DNA from: an uncultured Actinomycetota bacterium
GTDB lineage: Bacteria; Actinomycetota; Actinomycetes; S36-B12; UBA10799
Assembly: GCA_963818505.1 (NCBI GenBank)
Contig: CAWFSJ010000001.1
Span: forward strand, 372,348 to 436,347
Direction of reading: 5' to 3'
DNA length: 64,000 nt
The first letter of the stretch is position 1. Each line of letters starts with the position of its first letter. The notes beneath the pieces are model-generated. The model saw only the letters and a list, made by a program, of their open reading frames with translations. It was not told where the DNA came from and did no database searches. Both the position numbers and the translations under genes were made by a program. Positions 28,559 through 42,109 of this stretch are shown here, piece after piece.

Positions 28559-30700
28559 ATGACCGAGAGCATCTCCAAGCCCATCCCGCAGTCCCCTGAG
28601 GACGCAGCACTGGACGAGTCGATCCAGTTCGCCGACGAGGTGGTCACCCACGCCAAACTGCGAATGGTCGAACTGCCCCTCGGGGCCGGTATCGCAGCGG
28701 TCATCACCTTGGACAACGGGTTCGACCACACCAAGCCGAACACCTTTGGCCCAGGCGGTCTGATCGAACTCAAGGCGGCCATCACACAGGCACAGTCCGA
28801 ACCGGGACTCGCGGCGATCTGCGTGGTGGGCAAACCCTTCATCTTCGCGGTCGGCGCCGACCTCAGTGGCGTCCCCCGTCTGACCGACCGCGGCCAAGCC
28901 GTGGCGATGGGCAGGCTCGGCCACGAAGTGCTCGGGATGCTCGGGGACTCCAAGGTCCCTACGTTCGCCTTCATCAACGGTGCGGCCATGGGCGGCGGCG
29001 TGGAGGTTGCGCTGCACTGCTCGTACCGCACAATCTCATCGGGTGCGGCGGCGTTCAGCCTGCCCGAGGTGTTCCTCGGACTGATCCCCGGCTGGGGTGG
29101 CGCCTACTTGCTGCCCAACCTGATCGGCCCGGAGAAGGCGTGCACGGTCATCGTGGAGAACCCACTGGCCCAGAACCGGCAGTTGAAGCCCAAGCAGGTC
29201 CTGGAACTCGGCATCGCAGACGCCATGTTCGAGCCGGCCGATTTCCTCGAGGAGTCGTTGACGTGGGCAGCCCGGGTCGTCACCGGCGACCTCGTGGTGG
29301 AACGCCCTCAGATCGACCGCGGCGCTGCCTGGGACGAGGCCGTGGGCAAGGTCCGTGCCGGCCTCGACGCCCGGCTCAAGGGCGCTACACCTGCGCCCTA
29401 CCGTGCCCTGGACCTCATCGCTACAGCGAAGACCGCCACCCAGGCCGAGGGGTTCGCAGCCGAGGACGAGGCACTTGCCGACCTGATCATGGGCGACGAC
29501 CTCCGGTCGGGTCTGTACTCGTTCGACCTCGTCCAGAAACGCGCCAAGCGTCCCGTCGGCGCTCCTGACAAGAAGCTGGCGCGTCCCGTGACGAAGGTCG
29601 GCGTGGTCGGAGCCGGACTCATGGCCAGCCAGATGGCGCTGCTGTTCGCACAGCGCCTGCAGGTGCCTGTGGTGATGACCGACCTCGACCAGGCCCGGGT
29701 GGACAAGGGCCTGGCCTACGCACACTCCGAGATCGACAAACTCGCCGCGAGAGGCCGGGTCAACTCGGACAAGGCGAACAGGCTCAAGGCCCTGATCACC
29801 GGTTCGGCCACGAAGGACGCCTTCGCTGATGCCGACTTCGTGATCGAGGCCGTGTTCGAGGACCTGTCGGTCAAGCAGCAGGTCTTCGCCGAGGTCGAGG
29901 CTGTCGTACGACCGGACACGATCCTGGCCACGAACACCTCCTCCTTGTCCGTGACAGAGATGGCCAGCGGACTGGCCCACCCCGAGCGGGTCGTAGGGTT
30001 CCACTTCTTCAACCCGGTGGCAGTGATGCCTCTGCTGGAGATCGTGCGTGCCGAGCAGACGGATGACTCGACACTGGCCACCGCGTTCGTGGTCGGCAAG
30101 TCACTGAAGAAGTCCTGTGTTCTGGTCAAGGATGCCCCCGCGTTCGTCGTGAACCGGCTGCTCACCCGCTTCCTGGGCGAGGTCACGAAGTCTGTGGATG
30201 AGGGCACGCCCTTCGAGGTGGCAGACAAGGCCCTCGATCCGCTCGGCCTTCCGATGTCGCCGTTCACGTTGCTGCAGCTCGTGGGGCCGGCCGTCGCCTA
30301 CCACGTGTCGGAGACGATGCACGAGGCCTACCCGGACCGTTTCTACGTCTCGGAGAACCTGAAGAAGATCGTCGATGCCGGCAAGAGCGCTATCTGGACC
30401 TACGACACCGGTACCCCCGAAGTGGATCCCGAGGTGGCCGCGCTCTTCGCGCAAGGTGACGCACCTCTGAGCGAGGAACAGGTTCGAGACCGGGCGCTCA
30501 CCGCACTGGCCGAGGAGATCCGGCTGATGCTCGACGAGGGGGTAGTGGCCGAGGCACAGGACATCGACCTGTGCATGATCCTGGGAGCCGGATGGCCTTT
30601 CCACCTCGGTGGCGTGACCCCGTACCTGGACCGGGTGGATGTCAGCGAAGAGGTGACCGGCAAGCGGTTCCTGCCCGCAGGGGTGGCCAGCCTGCCGTAG
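28559..30700 (+). CDS. fadB: Fatty-acid oxidation multifunctional enzyme (enoyl-CoA hydratase/3-hydroxyacyl-CoA dehydrogenase)
   Basis: GADL, MGGGVE, LPEVFLG, GAGLMA, IEAVFE, TNTSSL, GFHFFNP. Confidence 0.95.
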   Translation: MTESISKPIPQSPEDAALDESIQFADEVVTHAKLRMVELPLGAGIAAVITLDNGFDHTKPNTFGPGGLIELKAAITQAQSEPGLAAICVVGKPFIFAVGADLSGVPRLTDRGQAVAMGRLGHEVLGMLGDSKVPTFAFINGAAMGGGVEVALHCSYRTISSGAAAFSLPEVFLGLIPGWGGAYLLPNLIGPEKACTVIVENPLAQNRQLKPKQVLELGIADAMFEPADFLEESLTWAARVVTGDLVVERPQIDRGAAWDEAVGKVRAGLDARLKGATPAPYRALDLIATAKTATQAEGFAAEDEALADLIMGDDLRSGLYSFDLVQKRAKRPVGAPDKKLARPVTKVGVVGAGLMASQMALLFAQRLQVPVVMTDLDQARVDKGLAYAHSEIDKLAARGRVNSDKANRLKALITGSATKDAFADADFVIEAVFEDLSVKQQVFAEVEAVVRPDTILATNTSSLSVTEMASGLAHPERVVGFHFFNPVAVMPLLEIVRAEQTDDSTLATAFVVGKSLKKSCVLVKDAPAFVVNRLLTRFLGEVTKSVDEGTPFEVADKALDPLGLPMSPFTLLQLVGPAVAYHVSETMHEAYPDRFYVSENLKKIVDAGKSAIWTYDTGTPEVDPEVAALFAQGDAPLSEEQVRDRALTALAEEIRLMLDEGVVAEAQDIDLCMILGAGWPFHLGGVTPYLDRVDVSEEVTGKRFLPAGVASLP

Positions 30701-30707
30701 GCAACGC

Positions 30708-32864
30708 TCAACGCATCGCCGACGCCTCCAGCAGACCGGCCACGGACTCTGGGGGCGTCGGCGCGCTGTTGACAAATCCCTGAACCTCGTCGCAGCCCAA
30801 CCCGGCCAGGATCTGCACCTGCTCGCTCGTCTCCACCCCCGTGGCGATGGCGCGGATACCGAGGTCGTGAGCCACGGTCACGATGGCCGCGACGATCACC
30901 AGATCCTCCCGGCTGTCGCCCAGATCGTTGATCAGGCTACGGTCGATCTTCACGTAGTCGGCCGGGATCACCTTCACGGCATCAAGTCCACATCGACCAG
31001 CTGCGAACCCGTCGATGCCCACTCGGAAACCGAGGTCGTGCAGACGGTTGAGGTTCGAGATGGCATCTCCTTCGTGCAGCTGGGGTGAGTCGGCGACCTC
31101 GAAGCACAGCCACGATGGATCGGCCCCGTGGTCGCTGACCACGCGAAGCACCTCGTCGGCGAACCCGTCGGTGCACAGTTGGCTCAAAGATGTGTTCAGG
31201 TGCACCCGCAGGCGCAGGCCTTGTCGTGCCCACAGGGCTTGGTCGCGCAACGCCACCTCCAGGACCCGACGGCCCAGTTCGGGCATGAGTCCGTTGTCCT
31301 CCGCGGCGCGGATGAAGTCGACCGCAGGCACGGGCGGATCGGCGCAGATGCGAACGAGACCTTCTACCGCGCTCACTTGGCCGTCGCTCACCGCGGTGAT
31401 CGGCTGATAGTGGACACCTATTCCGTCGCCGGCAAGCCGGTCGCGAAGTTGGGCCAGTACGTATTGCCGGGAGAGCGCAGCGCTCTCCATCGCGTGTTGA
31501 TAGACCTCCACGCGGTTGCGCCCAGAGTCCTTGGCGCTGTACATGGCAAGGTCCGCCCGGCGGACCAGGGTCTCGGGGTCAGCCCCGGGATCCGTTGTCA
31601 GGGCGACCCCGACGGAGATGCCCAAGCGCACATCCCGCTCCTGCACGACGAACGGCTCGCGCATTCCTGCCAGAATCCGCAGGCCCAACTCGGATGCTCG
31701 GTCGGAGTCGGCCAACCCCTCAGCCACGACCACGAACTCGTCACCCCCGAGTCGTGCCACGAAACCGGGCTCCCCGACTTCTCGGGACAGCCTGCGTGAG
31801 GCCTCCACAAGCACCGCGTCCCCGCAACTGTGTCCAAGTGTGTCGTTGACGCCCTTGAACCCGTCGAGGTCGCAGAAGAGCACGGCCAAGACCCGCCCGG
31901 TGGTCCACAACCTATTGATCGCGGCTTCGAGCAGCGGGTTCAGGGCATGACGGTTGGGAAGCCCGGTAAGCGCGTCGTGCTCGGCCTGCTGGATCAAGCG
32001 GGATTCGGCCTCGCGTCGCGCTGTCCTGTCCTCAAGGACTGCGATGGCGAAAGCCCCGTCGTAGTCGGTGGCCTGCAGGACCGACACCGTGGCTTGGACC
32101 CAGAGGACTTCGCCCCCGCCGGTGACCATCCTGATCTCACGGGATCTGCCGTCGGCGACCAAGTGATCACCCGGATGCAGGTAGTCCGCCAGCTGCGTGC
32201 CGCGCAGGTCCGCCAGCGTTACCCCCAGTAGGTGGGCCATCGCTTGATTGGCATCGACCAGTGGGCCGGGCCCCACCTCCGTCACTGTCAGCCGAGCCAT
32301 CGGAACAGGCGAGGAGTCGAACATCATGCGCAGTAGGCGGTCGCGGTGGCGGTGTCCCCCGATGTCCAGCGCGACCATTCCCACGGCACGTTCGTCGCCG
32401 GACTTCGTGGGGAACTTCGAGGCCATCAGAGTCCATCTGTGACCCCCGCCGGTGACCGGAAGCGTGAACACCCGCGGGGTCTGCGCGTCCAGCACAGCGA
32501 GGTCCTGTTCGACCATCAATTGACCGTGGCGTCCCAGCAGGTCGGGCCATGCTCGACCCACGATCTCGTCGGTCTCCAACCCGAGCAGGCGGCTCAGCGC
32601 GTCGGAGGCGCACACGACACGGCTGACACCCTGCGAGTCGTACTGGGTCACGGTAACGACCGCGGCGCTGTCATGAAGTGCCTCGCCGATTCCGTCGCCC
32701 CTCGGGACGCCGAGCGCCGCGAGCACCGCAGCAGCGACGATGACAGCAACGCTCACGGCCAATGGGGCAGACAGCCAATTGCCGATGGCCAAGGCGGTCA
32801 GCGCCAGCACAGCGAACCAGGCGCCGTCGATTGGCGGAATCGACCGGACATCTCCGGCGGTCAT
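30708..32864 (-). CDS. Membrane PAS-PAS-GGDEF-EAL protein
   Basis: HDALTGLPNR, DLDGFK, RLGGDEF; EAL domain with degenerate motifs. Confidence 0.92.
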   Translation of the reverse strand: MTAGDVRSIPPIDGAWFAVLALTALAIGNWLSAPLAVSVAVIVAAAVLAALGVPRGDGIGEALHDSAAVVTVTQYDSQGVSRVVCASDALSRLLGLETDEIVGRAWPDLLGRHGQLMVEQDLAVLDAQTPRVFTLPVTGGGHRWTLMASKFPTKSGDERAVGMVALDIGGHRHRDRLLRMMFDSSPVPMARLTVTEVGPGPLVDANQAMAHLLGVTLADLRGTQLADYLHPGDHLVADGRSREIRMVTGGGEVLWVQATVSVLQATDYDGAFAIAVLEDRTARREAESRLIQQAEHDALTGLPNRHALNPLLEAAINRLWTTGRVLAVLFCDLDGFKGVNDTLGHSCGDAVLVEASRRLSREVGEPGFVARLGGDEFVVVAEGLADSDRASELGLRILAGMREPFVVQERDVRLGISVGVALTTDPGADPETLVRRADLAMYSAKDSGRNRVEVYQHAMESAALSRQYVLAQLRDRLAGDGIGVHYQPITAVSDGQVSAVEGLVRICADPPVPAVDFIRAAEDNGLMPELGRRVLEVALRDQALWARQGLRLRVHLNTSLSQLCTDGFADEVLRVVSDHGADPSWLCFEVADSPQLHEGDAISNLNRLHDLGFRVGIDGFAAGRCGLDAVKVIPADYVKIDRSLINDLGDSREDLVIVAAIVTVAHDLGIRAIATGVETSEQVQILAGLGCDEVQGFVNSAPTPPESVAGLLEASAMR

Positions 32865-32885
32865 GCACTTAAAGTAGCGGGGTGC

Positions 32886-34799
32886 CTACTCGCTGTGGTC
32901 CAAGCTACTGGGCGTGTCGGCCTCCATTGCCTGCTGGCTGGCCGCCACCCACCCGATGACTTTGTGCCCGATCTGTTGGGCGGTCAGCCCGGTTCGTTCC
33001 AGAAGTGCGGTGCGACTGGCTTGGTCGAGGAACTCCTGGGGAATCCCGATCGTCCTCACGGGAGTCGCAATCGAGGCCTCCTGTAAGGCCCCGGTGATCG
33101 CCGAACCTACTCCCCCAACCACTCCGTTGTCCTCGAGTGTCACCACCAAACGGTGGTCACGGGCCAGTTCCACGATCTCCGACGGGACCGGCTTCACCCA
33201 GCGTGGGTCGACGACTGTGGCCCCGATGTCCTGGGCGGAAAGCCGAGAGGCGACCTCGACACCGACTCCTGCCATCGAGCCGACCGCCACAATCAGCACA
33301 TCTGGGCCCCCGGACTGCGCCAGGATGTCCACTGATCCATGCGCTCGCATCGCAGGAATGTCGTCGGGCAGCGAGCCTTTCGGGAATCGCACAACGGTGG
33401 GTGCGTCTGACACATCGAGGGCCTCACGCAAGCTCTCACGAAGCCGGGACCCGTCGCGAGGTGCAGCCAGTCGAAGGCCCGGGACGACTTGCAGGATGGA
33501 CATGTCCCACATGCCGTTGTGGCTGGCCCCGTCGTCGCCGGTGATGCCGGCCCTGTCCAGGACAATGGTGATCCCCGCCTTGTGCAGTGCGGCGTCCATG
33601 AGCACTTGGTCGAAGGCGCGGTTCAGGAATGTCGCGTACAGCGCGATGACCGGGTGCAGGCCGCCCATGGCCATACCCACCGCGCTGGTGACAGCGTGCT
33701 GCTCAGCGATTCCGACGTCGAAGACCCGTTCCGGGAACGCCTGCTTGGTCGCCGCCAGGCCTGTCGGACCCAGCATTGCGGCGGTGATGGCCACCACATC
33801 GGGCCGCTGGGCTGCCGCCTCGACCATCTCCTCGGAGAACACCGAGGTCCAGGTGGGCCTCGCCGCGACTGTGGGACGGCCGGTGGCCGGGTCGATGACG
33901 GGCACACCGTGGAAGCGGTCGGCCTCATCCTGTTCAGCGGGCGGGTATCCCCTGCCCTTCTGGGTCAACACATGTACCAGCACCGGCCCGTCGTATCCCT
34001 TGGCCCGGCCCAGTGCCTGCTCAACGGCTTCGAGGTCGTGGCCGGGTACCGGACCGAGGTACTTGAGGCCGAGGTCCTCGAACATCCCCTGCGGCGCCAC
34101 CATGTCCTTCACGCCCTTCTTCAAACCGTGAAGGGTGTCGAAGGCGGGTCTGCCGACCACCGGTGTCCTGTCCAGAACCCGGCGTCCCCACTCGAGGAAC
34201 CTTTCGTAGCCGCCGGTTGTTCGCAGGGTCGCCAGATGGTTCGCCAGACCGCCGATGGTCCGGTCGTAACTGCGCTCATTGTCGTTGACCACGATCACCA
34301 TCGATCGGTTCGAGTCGGCGATGTTGTTCAGCGCCTCCCAGGCCATTCCACCTGTCAGTGCACCGTCGCCGATCACGGCCACGACCTTGCGCGAGCCGAG
34401 CAGGCCGCGTGCCTGCCAGGCCTTGGCCAGTCCATCGGCGTAGGACAACGACGTGCTTGCGTGGGAGTTCTCGATCCAGTCGTGCTCGCTCTCGGCACGA
34501 CTCGGGTAGCCGGACAGCCCGCCTTCCTGGCGCAGCGTTTCGAAGCCTGCCTGTCGGCCTGTCAGCAACTTGTGGACGTAAGCCTGGTGGCCTGTGTCCC
34601 ACAAGATGGCGTCCTTCGGTGAATCGAAGACCCGGTGCAGCGCCAGCGTCAGTTCAACCACACCCAGATTGGGCCCGAGGTGGCCCCCGGTACGCGCCAC
34701 CTTGGCCACGAGGAACTCCCGGATCTCCGCCGCCAGCTCCTGCAGCTGGGCGTCGTCCAGGGACCTCAGGTCCGCAGGTGATTGGATCTGCTCGAGCAC
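32886..34799 (-). CDS. dxs: 1-deoxy-D-xylulose-5-phosphate synthase
   Basis: [38 protein letters not shown]. Confidence 0.97.
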   Translation of the reverse strand: MLEQIQSPADLRSLDDAQLQELAAEIREFLVAKVARTGGHLGPNLGVVELTLALHRVFDSPKDAILWDTGHQAYVHKLLTGRQAGFETLRQEGGLSGYPSRAESEHDWIENSHASTSLSYADGLAKAWQARGLLGSRKVVAVIGDGALTGGMAWEALNNIADSNRSMVIVVNDNERSYDRTIGGLANHLATLRTTGGYERFLEWGRRVLDRTPVVGRPAFDTLHGLKKGVKDMVAPQGMFEDLGLKYLGPVPGHDLEAVEQALGRAKGYDGPVLVHVLTQKGRGYPPAEQDEADRFHGVPVIDPATGRPTVAARPTWTSVFSEEMVEAAAQRPDVVAITAAMLGPTGLAATKQAFPERVFDVGIAEQHAVTSAVGMAMGGLHPVIALYATFLNRAFDQVLMDAALHKAGITIVLDRAGITGDDGASHNGMWDMSILQVVPGLRLAAPRDGSRLRESLREALDVSDAPTVVRFPKGSLPDDIPAMRAHGSVDILAQSGGPDVLIVAVGSMAGVGVEVASRLSAQDIGATVVDPRWVKPVPSEIVELARDHRLVVTLEDNGVVGGVGSAITGALQEASIATPVRTIGIPQEFLDQASRTALLERTGLTAQQIGHKVIGWVAASQQAMEADTPSSLDHSE

Positions 34800-34878
34800 C
34801 TATTCAGTGTACGGTTACGCCGCCCGAGCGCCTGTTGACCGCCGTCGGCAGAACCGTCGAACCTATCGACGCAGCCGA

Positions 34879-35237
34879 TCACAACTTCGGCGTCCACACC
34901 CGGCCGCGCAGCGCCTCTTCCACCAACTCAACTTCGCGCACCGTACGTCGGAACTGCGCGGCGAGTGCCTCGAGAGCCGTTAGGCCGGCGTCGATCTCCG
35001 CGGGCTCCAGACTGTCCCGCAGACCCGCCCTGGCACCCCGGTACACCTCCCGGGTGGCCTCCAGCGTGGCCTGCGACTGACTGCGGGCTGCCATGGCCAG
35101 AAGCAATGGGTGCCGGCGCGCCGCGGACAATCTGTACTCCGGCGGCAGACGGTCGAGCAACCACCCGACGACCTGCTCCTCGAACTGCTCCCCCGCGTGC
35201 GGGAGGTCGCCAGGCCAGCCGGGTGGCGCCGAACGGG

Positions 35238-35241
<4 letters not shown>
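34879..35241 (-). CDS. Conserved actinobacterial hypothetical protein
   Basis: PPGWP...WLLD..PPEYR...RRHP; GTGA-coupled to the acnA stop. Confidence 0.75.
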
Positions 35242-37895
<2,654 letters not shown>

Positions 37896-38078
37896 GCATT
37901 TCTCCCATCGCCGATCCGATGGCTCCCAGCCTAGTTCCTCGTCTTTGCGGCGCCGACCGGGCTGGTCTGGGCGGCTGAGCTCATGGCCGATCTCAGGGGA
38001 CCTCGCTATCTCGTGACGTGCAGACCTGGGCCTGTGGCGGGACCCTCTGGTTTGTGACGTCGTTGGAGCGGCGAAAGC

Positions 38079-38168
38079 GCGGTTGCTGCAATGTTGCTGC
38101 TTCTCGGGCTTGAAAACAGCAACAAGGCGACAACCGAGAACGCCGACGTGCAACAACGCCACAATCGC
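38079..38168. repeat. Palindromic intergenic element, family B, copy 2
   Basis: Aligns by eye with 9338-9456 (shared AACAGCAACAA..ACGTGCAACAACGC). Confidence 0.75.
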
Positions 38169-38213
38169 AAGTTCCGTCTTCAGGGACCGGTCGGGGTTCC
38201 CCCTGGCTGGCCC

Positions 38214-39371
38214 TCAGCCTCGCAACCTAACCACCGTTTCCAGATGGGCCGTCCCTGGGAACAGATCAAAAGCCTCGACGTGGTCGGGGGTGAAACCGTG
38301 GTCGGCGAAGTATTTCAGGTCGCGGGCCAAAGTCGAAGGCTCGCACGATACGTAGACGACAGTGTCGGCTCCGGTTGCAGCGATGCCCGCAACGACCTGT
38401 CGGCCAGCACCGGCTCGAGGTGGATCGAGCACAACCACATCCGAGCTTGCGGGTCGTCGGCGAGCCCACACCTTGACGTCCTGACGCACGACATGGACCC
38501 GGGGGTCACCGGCAGCATTGCGGACGGCGAACTCGGCGGCTCTGCGGTCGCCCTCGATGAGCAACAGCTCCTGGGCACCGGCCTCTAGAAGGCTCAGCCC
38601 CAGAACGCCGACCCCTGCGTAGAGATCGACAACTCGTCGGGCTGGTCCCGCCAGATCCACAACGCAGGCAGCCAGAGTATTTGCGCCATCCCGGTGCGAC
38701 TGCCAGAAACCATCAACACCGCACTCGAAGTCGCGGCCCAGCACGCAGTGCCGGTGTTCATCGGGACCCGTCACCACACGCTCTTTGGAGTCGGTCACGA
38801 CCACCGCGCGGCCGGCGTCGCTGACACTCACGTGTACCGAGGATCCCGGTGGCCAGTCACGTTGGAGCAACTCCGGCAGGTCCAGGCGGGGATCCGCCTG
38901 CAAGCAGTCGGTCAGAGGCACCAGATCGTTGGACCGGGCGGCATGGAACCCGGCCCGGCCGCTGGCGTCGACGTGCAGGGTCACGCGAATGCGCCAGCCC
39001 TTTTCAACACCAAGACCCCGGACTTCCAACTGCGGCCACTGGACCCCACCCAACCTGTCCAGGGTCTCGATCAGGATCTGAGACTTCATCCGCAGTTGCG
39101 CATCGGCGCTGGCATGTAACCACGAGCATCCGCCGCAGAGGCCCGGTCCGAACCAGGGACACGGGGTCGCAACCCGGTCTGTACTCGAGTGGTCGATGAC
39201 CTCGATCGCCTCGGCCCGCCAGAAGCGAGCATCGGCCTCGCCCTCGGTCACAACAGCACGGACGGTCTCTCCGGGCATGCCGTAGCGCGTGAAGACCACG
39301 CGGCCGTCCAATCGTGCGACGCAGAAGCCGCCGTGTGCAGGCGGGCCCAGCTCGAGAACGGCCTCAGCCAC
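38214..39371 (-). CDS. TRAM-domain RNA (uracil-5) methyltransferase, RlmD/TrmA family
   Basis: CPWF..CGGC, FWQ, DLYAGVG, LDPPRAG, YVSCEP, DLFPGTAHLE. Confidence 0.93.
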   Translation of the reverse strand: MAEAVLELGPPAHGGFCVARLDGRVVFTRYGMPGETVRAVVTEGEADARFWRAEAIEVIDHSSTDRVATPCPWFGPGLCGGCSWLHASADAQLRMKSQILIETLDRLGGVQWPQLEVRGLGVEKGWRIRVTLHVDASGRAGFHAARSNDLVPLTDCLQADPRLDLPELLQRDWPPGSSVHVSVSDAGRAVVVTDSKERVVTGPDEHRHCVLGRDFECGVDGFWQSHRDGANTLAACVVDLAGPARRVVDLYAGVGVLGLSLLEAGAQELLLIEGDRRAAEFAVRNAAGDPRVHVVRQDVKVWARRRPASSDVVVLDPPRAGAGRQVVAGIAATGADTVVYVSCEPSTLARDLKYFADHGFTPDHVEAFDLFPGTAHLETVVRLRG

Positions 39372-39374
39372 GGC

Positions 39375-41354
39375 CTACTCCCGGGTCTGGACGGGCAGCC
39401 CGCGGTACAGCGCGCCGGGCGCTTCGGCCTCGGCTCTGTCCACCACACGATCGCTGGACTCCAGCTGCCATGGAACGCTGACCACCATGACACCCGGGGT
39501 GAACAGGAGCCGGGATTTGAGGCGCAGCGCACTCTGGTTGTGCAGCAGGTGCTCCCACCAGTGGCCCACGACGTACTCAGGTACATAGACGGTCACAAGG
39601 TCGCGCGGGCTGTTCCGGCGGATGCCTCGGACGTAGTCGACGATAGGTTTGGTGATCTCGCGATATGGGCTCTCGAGCACCTTGAGCGTTACCGGGATGT
39701 CCCTGCGGTCCCACTCGTCGATGATCGCCTGGGAGTCCCCTGGGGCGACCTCCACAGTCAGGGCTTCCAGGGTGGATGGACGCGTGGCACGCGCGTAGGA
39801 AAGTGCGCGCAGTGTGGGTTTGTGCAACTTCGCGACCAGCACGACCGCGTGGACCCGAGCAGGCATCAGGAACCGTTCGTCGTCCTCGGGGGTCAGTTCG
39901 ATCGCAACCCGCTCGTAGTGTCTCTGAATGGACTTCATCACGATGAAGAGAACCGGGATCGCGATGCACACGATCCAGGCGCCCCGCGTGAACTTTGTGG
40001 CCAGCACGATGACCAGAACCGAGCCGGTCATCACGAAGCCGATCCCGTTCACCACCCGCCTGCGCACATACGAACTGCGCACGCTGGGATCCTCCTCGGT
40101 GCGCAGCAGCCGGGTCCAGTGCCGGATCATCCCGAGTTGGCTGAGCGTGAAACTGATGAACACGCCCACGATGTACAACTGGATCAGCGCGGTGACACTG
40201 GCATCGAAGATGTAGACCAGCACGATCGCCAGGAATGCCAGTGTCACGATCCCATTGCTGAACGCCAGCCGGTCGCCGCGGTTGTGCAACTGCCTGGGCA
40301 GGTAGTTGTCCTGCGCCAGGATCGAGCCGAGCACGGGGAAACCGTTGAACGCCGTATTCGCGGCCAGCACAAGGATCAGCGCCGTCACTGTGGACACGAA
40401 GATGAACATCGGAGTGAAGTTGCTGAAGACCGCTTGCGCGATCTGGGCGATGACTGTCTTCTGATCCTGGCCGGGCGGTAGACCGATGAGATCCTGGTCG
40501 TACTCCGCGACCTTGACCTTGGTGACCAGCGCAAGAATCGTGATCGACATGAACATGGTCACGCTGAGCACGCCGAGCATCACCAATGTGGCAGCTGCGT
40601 TCTTCGACTTCGGTTTGCGGAACGCCGGCACGCCGTTGGAGATGGCCTCGACGCCGGTCAAAGCGGTGCAACCGGATGAGAAGGCACGGGCCAACAAGAA
40701 GACAAGAGCCGCACCGGTGAACGTCGCCTCCGGTTTGATCTCGTAGCTGGCGGACTCGGCCAGAAGTTGATCCCCGGCGGCCAGGCGCACGCCCGCCGTC
40801 ACGATCATCGCGAAGATCCCGAAGATGAACGCATAGGTGGGCACCGCGAACAGGGTTCCCGATTCTCGCACGCCGCGAAGGTTGAGCAAGGTGACTACCA
40901 CGATCATCCCGATCGTCAGTGCCACGAGGTGCTCACCGAACCACGGGATGGCCGACGCGACGTTGGCCGAAGCCGCCGACATCGAGACCGCCACCGTGAG
41001 GATGTAGTCGACGAGCAGGGCGCTGGCCACGGTGAGACCTGAGTTCGGCCCCAGGTTGGTGGTGACCACCTCATAGTCACCGCCCCCACTTGGGTAGGCC
41101 TGCACGTTCTGCCGGTAGGAGGCCACCACGACAAGCATGACCCCGACCACCCCGAGCGCCACCCAGGGCGAGAAGGCGAAGAATGCGAGCCCGCCCAGCG
41201 ACAGGACCAGCAGGATTTCCTGCGTGGCATACGACACCGAGGACAAGGCGTCGGATGCGAAAACGGGCAGAGCGATGCGTTTCGGTAGCAGGGTGGCGTG
41301 CAGGTTCTCACTACGCTGGGCCCGGCCGAGCAACATCTCCTTGGGTGAGCGCAC
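39375..41354 (-). CDS. APC-family permease, KimA-like potassium transporter
   Basis: ASDALSSVSY, AYPSGGG, LLVDYILT, TGVEAISNG, SPYRE, LHNQSA. Confidence 0.9.
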   Translation of the reverse strand: MRSPKEMLLGRAQRSENLHATLLPKRIALPVFASDALSSVSYATQEILLVLSLGGLAFFAFSPWVALGVVGVMLVVVASYRQNVQAYPSGGGDYEVVTTNLGPNSGLTVASALLVDYILTVAVSMSAASANVASAIPWFGEHLVALTIGMIVVVTLLNLRGVRESGTLFAVPTYAFIFGIFAMIVTAGVRLAAGDQLLAESASYEIKPEATFTGAALVFLLARAFSSGCTALTGVEAISNGVPAFRKPKSKNAAATLVMLGVLSVTMFMSITILALVTKVKVAEYDQDLIGLPPGQDQKTVIAQIAQAVFSNFTPMFIFVSTVTALILVLAANTAFNGFPVLGSILAQDNYLPRQLHNRGDRLAFSNGIVTLAFLAIVLVYIFDASVTALIQLYIVGVFISFTLSQLGMIRHWTRLLRTEEDPSVRSSYVRRRVVNGIGFVMTGSVLVIVLATKFTRGAWIVCIAIPVLFIVMKSIQRHYERVAIELTPEDDERFLMPARVHAVVLVAKLHKPTLRALSYARATRPSTLEALTVEVAPGDSQAIIDEWDRRDIPVTLKVLESPYREITKPIVDYVRGIRRNSPRDLVTVYVPEYVVGHWWEHLLHNQSALRLKSRLLFTPGVMVVSVPWQLESSDRVVDRAEAEAPGALYRGLPVQTRE

Positions 41355-41443
41355 GACTTGATCGTAGGACCCCGCCCACCGCCAATGCGCGCAAGGCAGC
41401 ACTAACTCTGCACCCGGACCAAGCCGGGCGGTACCGTTGAGGG

Positions 41444-42109
41444 GTGCACTTCGTGGTGATGGGATGTGGCCGTGTGGGTTCCCGGCTCGCGCGCAATCTG
41501 GACGAGATGGGCCATTCGGTGTCCGTAATCGACCGGCTCGAGACCTCTTTCAGCCGTTTGGGGTCCAAGTTCGAGGGGGCCACCATCCAGGGCATCGGCT
41601 TCGACCGTGACACCCTGCTGGCCGCCGGCATCGAACACGCCCAAGCCTTCGCCGCGGTGAGCAGCGGCGATAACTCCAACATCGTGGCCGCCCGTGTGGC
41701 TCGCGAGAAGTTCATGGTCGAGCGGGTCGTGGCCCGCATCTACGACCCCCGTCGGGCCGCCATCTATGCACGATTGGGGATCCCGACCGTGGCCACCGTC
41801 GCCTGGAGTTCAGAGCAGATCATGCGGCAGCTTCTGCCAGGTGATCCCGAGCAGATGTGGATCGATGACACAGGTGCGGCGGTGCTGCACCGCGTCAACC
41901 TCGACCGCACCTGGTACGGCCATCGCGCCGAAGATCTGACCTTCGCTCTGCCGTCACGCGTGGCGATGATCTACCGAGAGGGTGGCGTGATATTGCCCAC
42001 TGCCGACAGCGTTCTACAAGAAGGGGACGACCCCGTCCTGCTCACAGCCAAGGAGTCGGTTGACCAGGTCTGCCAGCACTGCGCAGGGAAGGCGGTGACG
42101 CCGGAATGA
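41444..42109 (+). CDS. trkA: TrkA-family potassium uptake protein (CeoB-like)
   Basis: GCGRVG, SSGDNSN, ARIYDPRRA. Confidence 0.92.
   Translation: MHFVVMGCGRVGSRLARNLDEMGHSVSVIDRLETSFSRLGSKFEGATIQGIGFDRDTLLAAGIEHAQAFAAVSSGDNSNIVAARVAREKFMVERVVARIYDPRRAAIYARLGIPTVATVAWSSEQIMRQLLPGDPEQMWIDDTGAAVLHRVNLDRTWYGHRAEDLTFALPSRVAMIYREGGVILPTADSVLQEGDDPVLLTAKESVDQVCQHCAGKAVTPE

Noticed and set aside
37896-38162. N-terminal extension of aconitase in the ORF track (likewise the long 8324-9415 ORF)
   Set aside because: The extensions run through intergenic palindromic repeats; homology begins at the downstream start.
41355-41443. c-di-AMP (ydaO) riboswitch for the KimA-like/trkA divergon
   Set aside because: The gap is only about 90 bp and shows no ydaO consensus.
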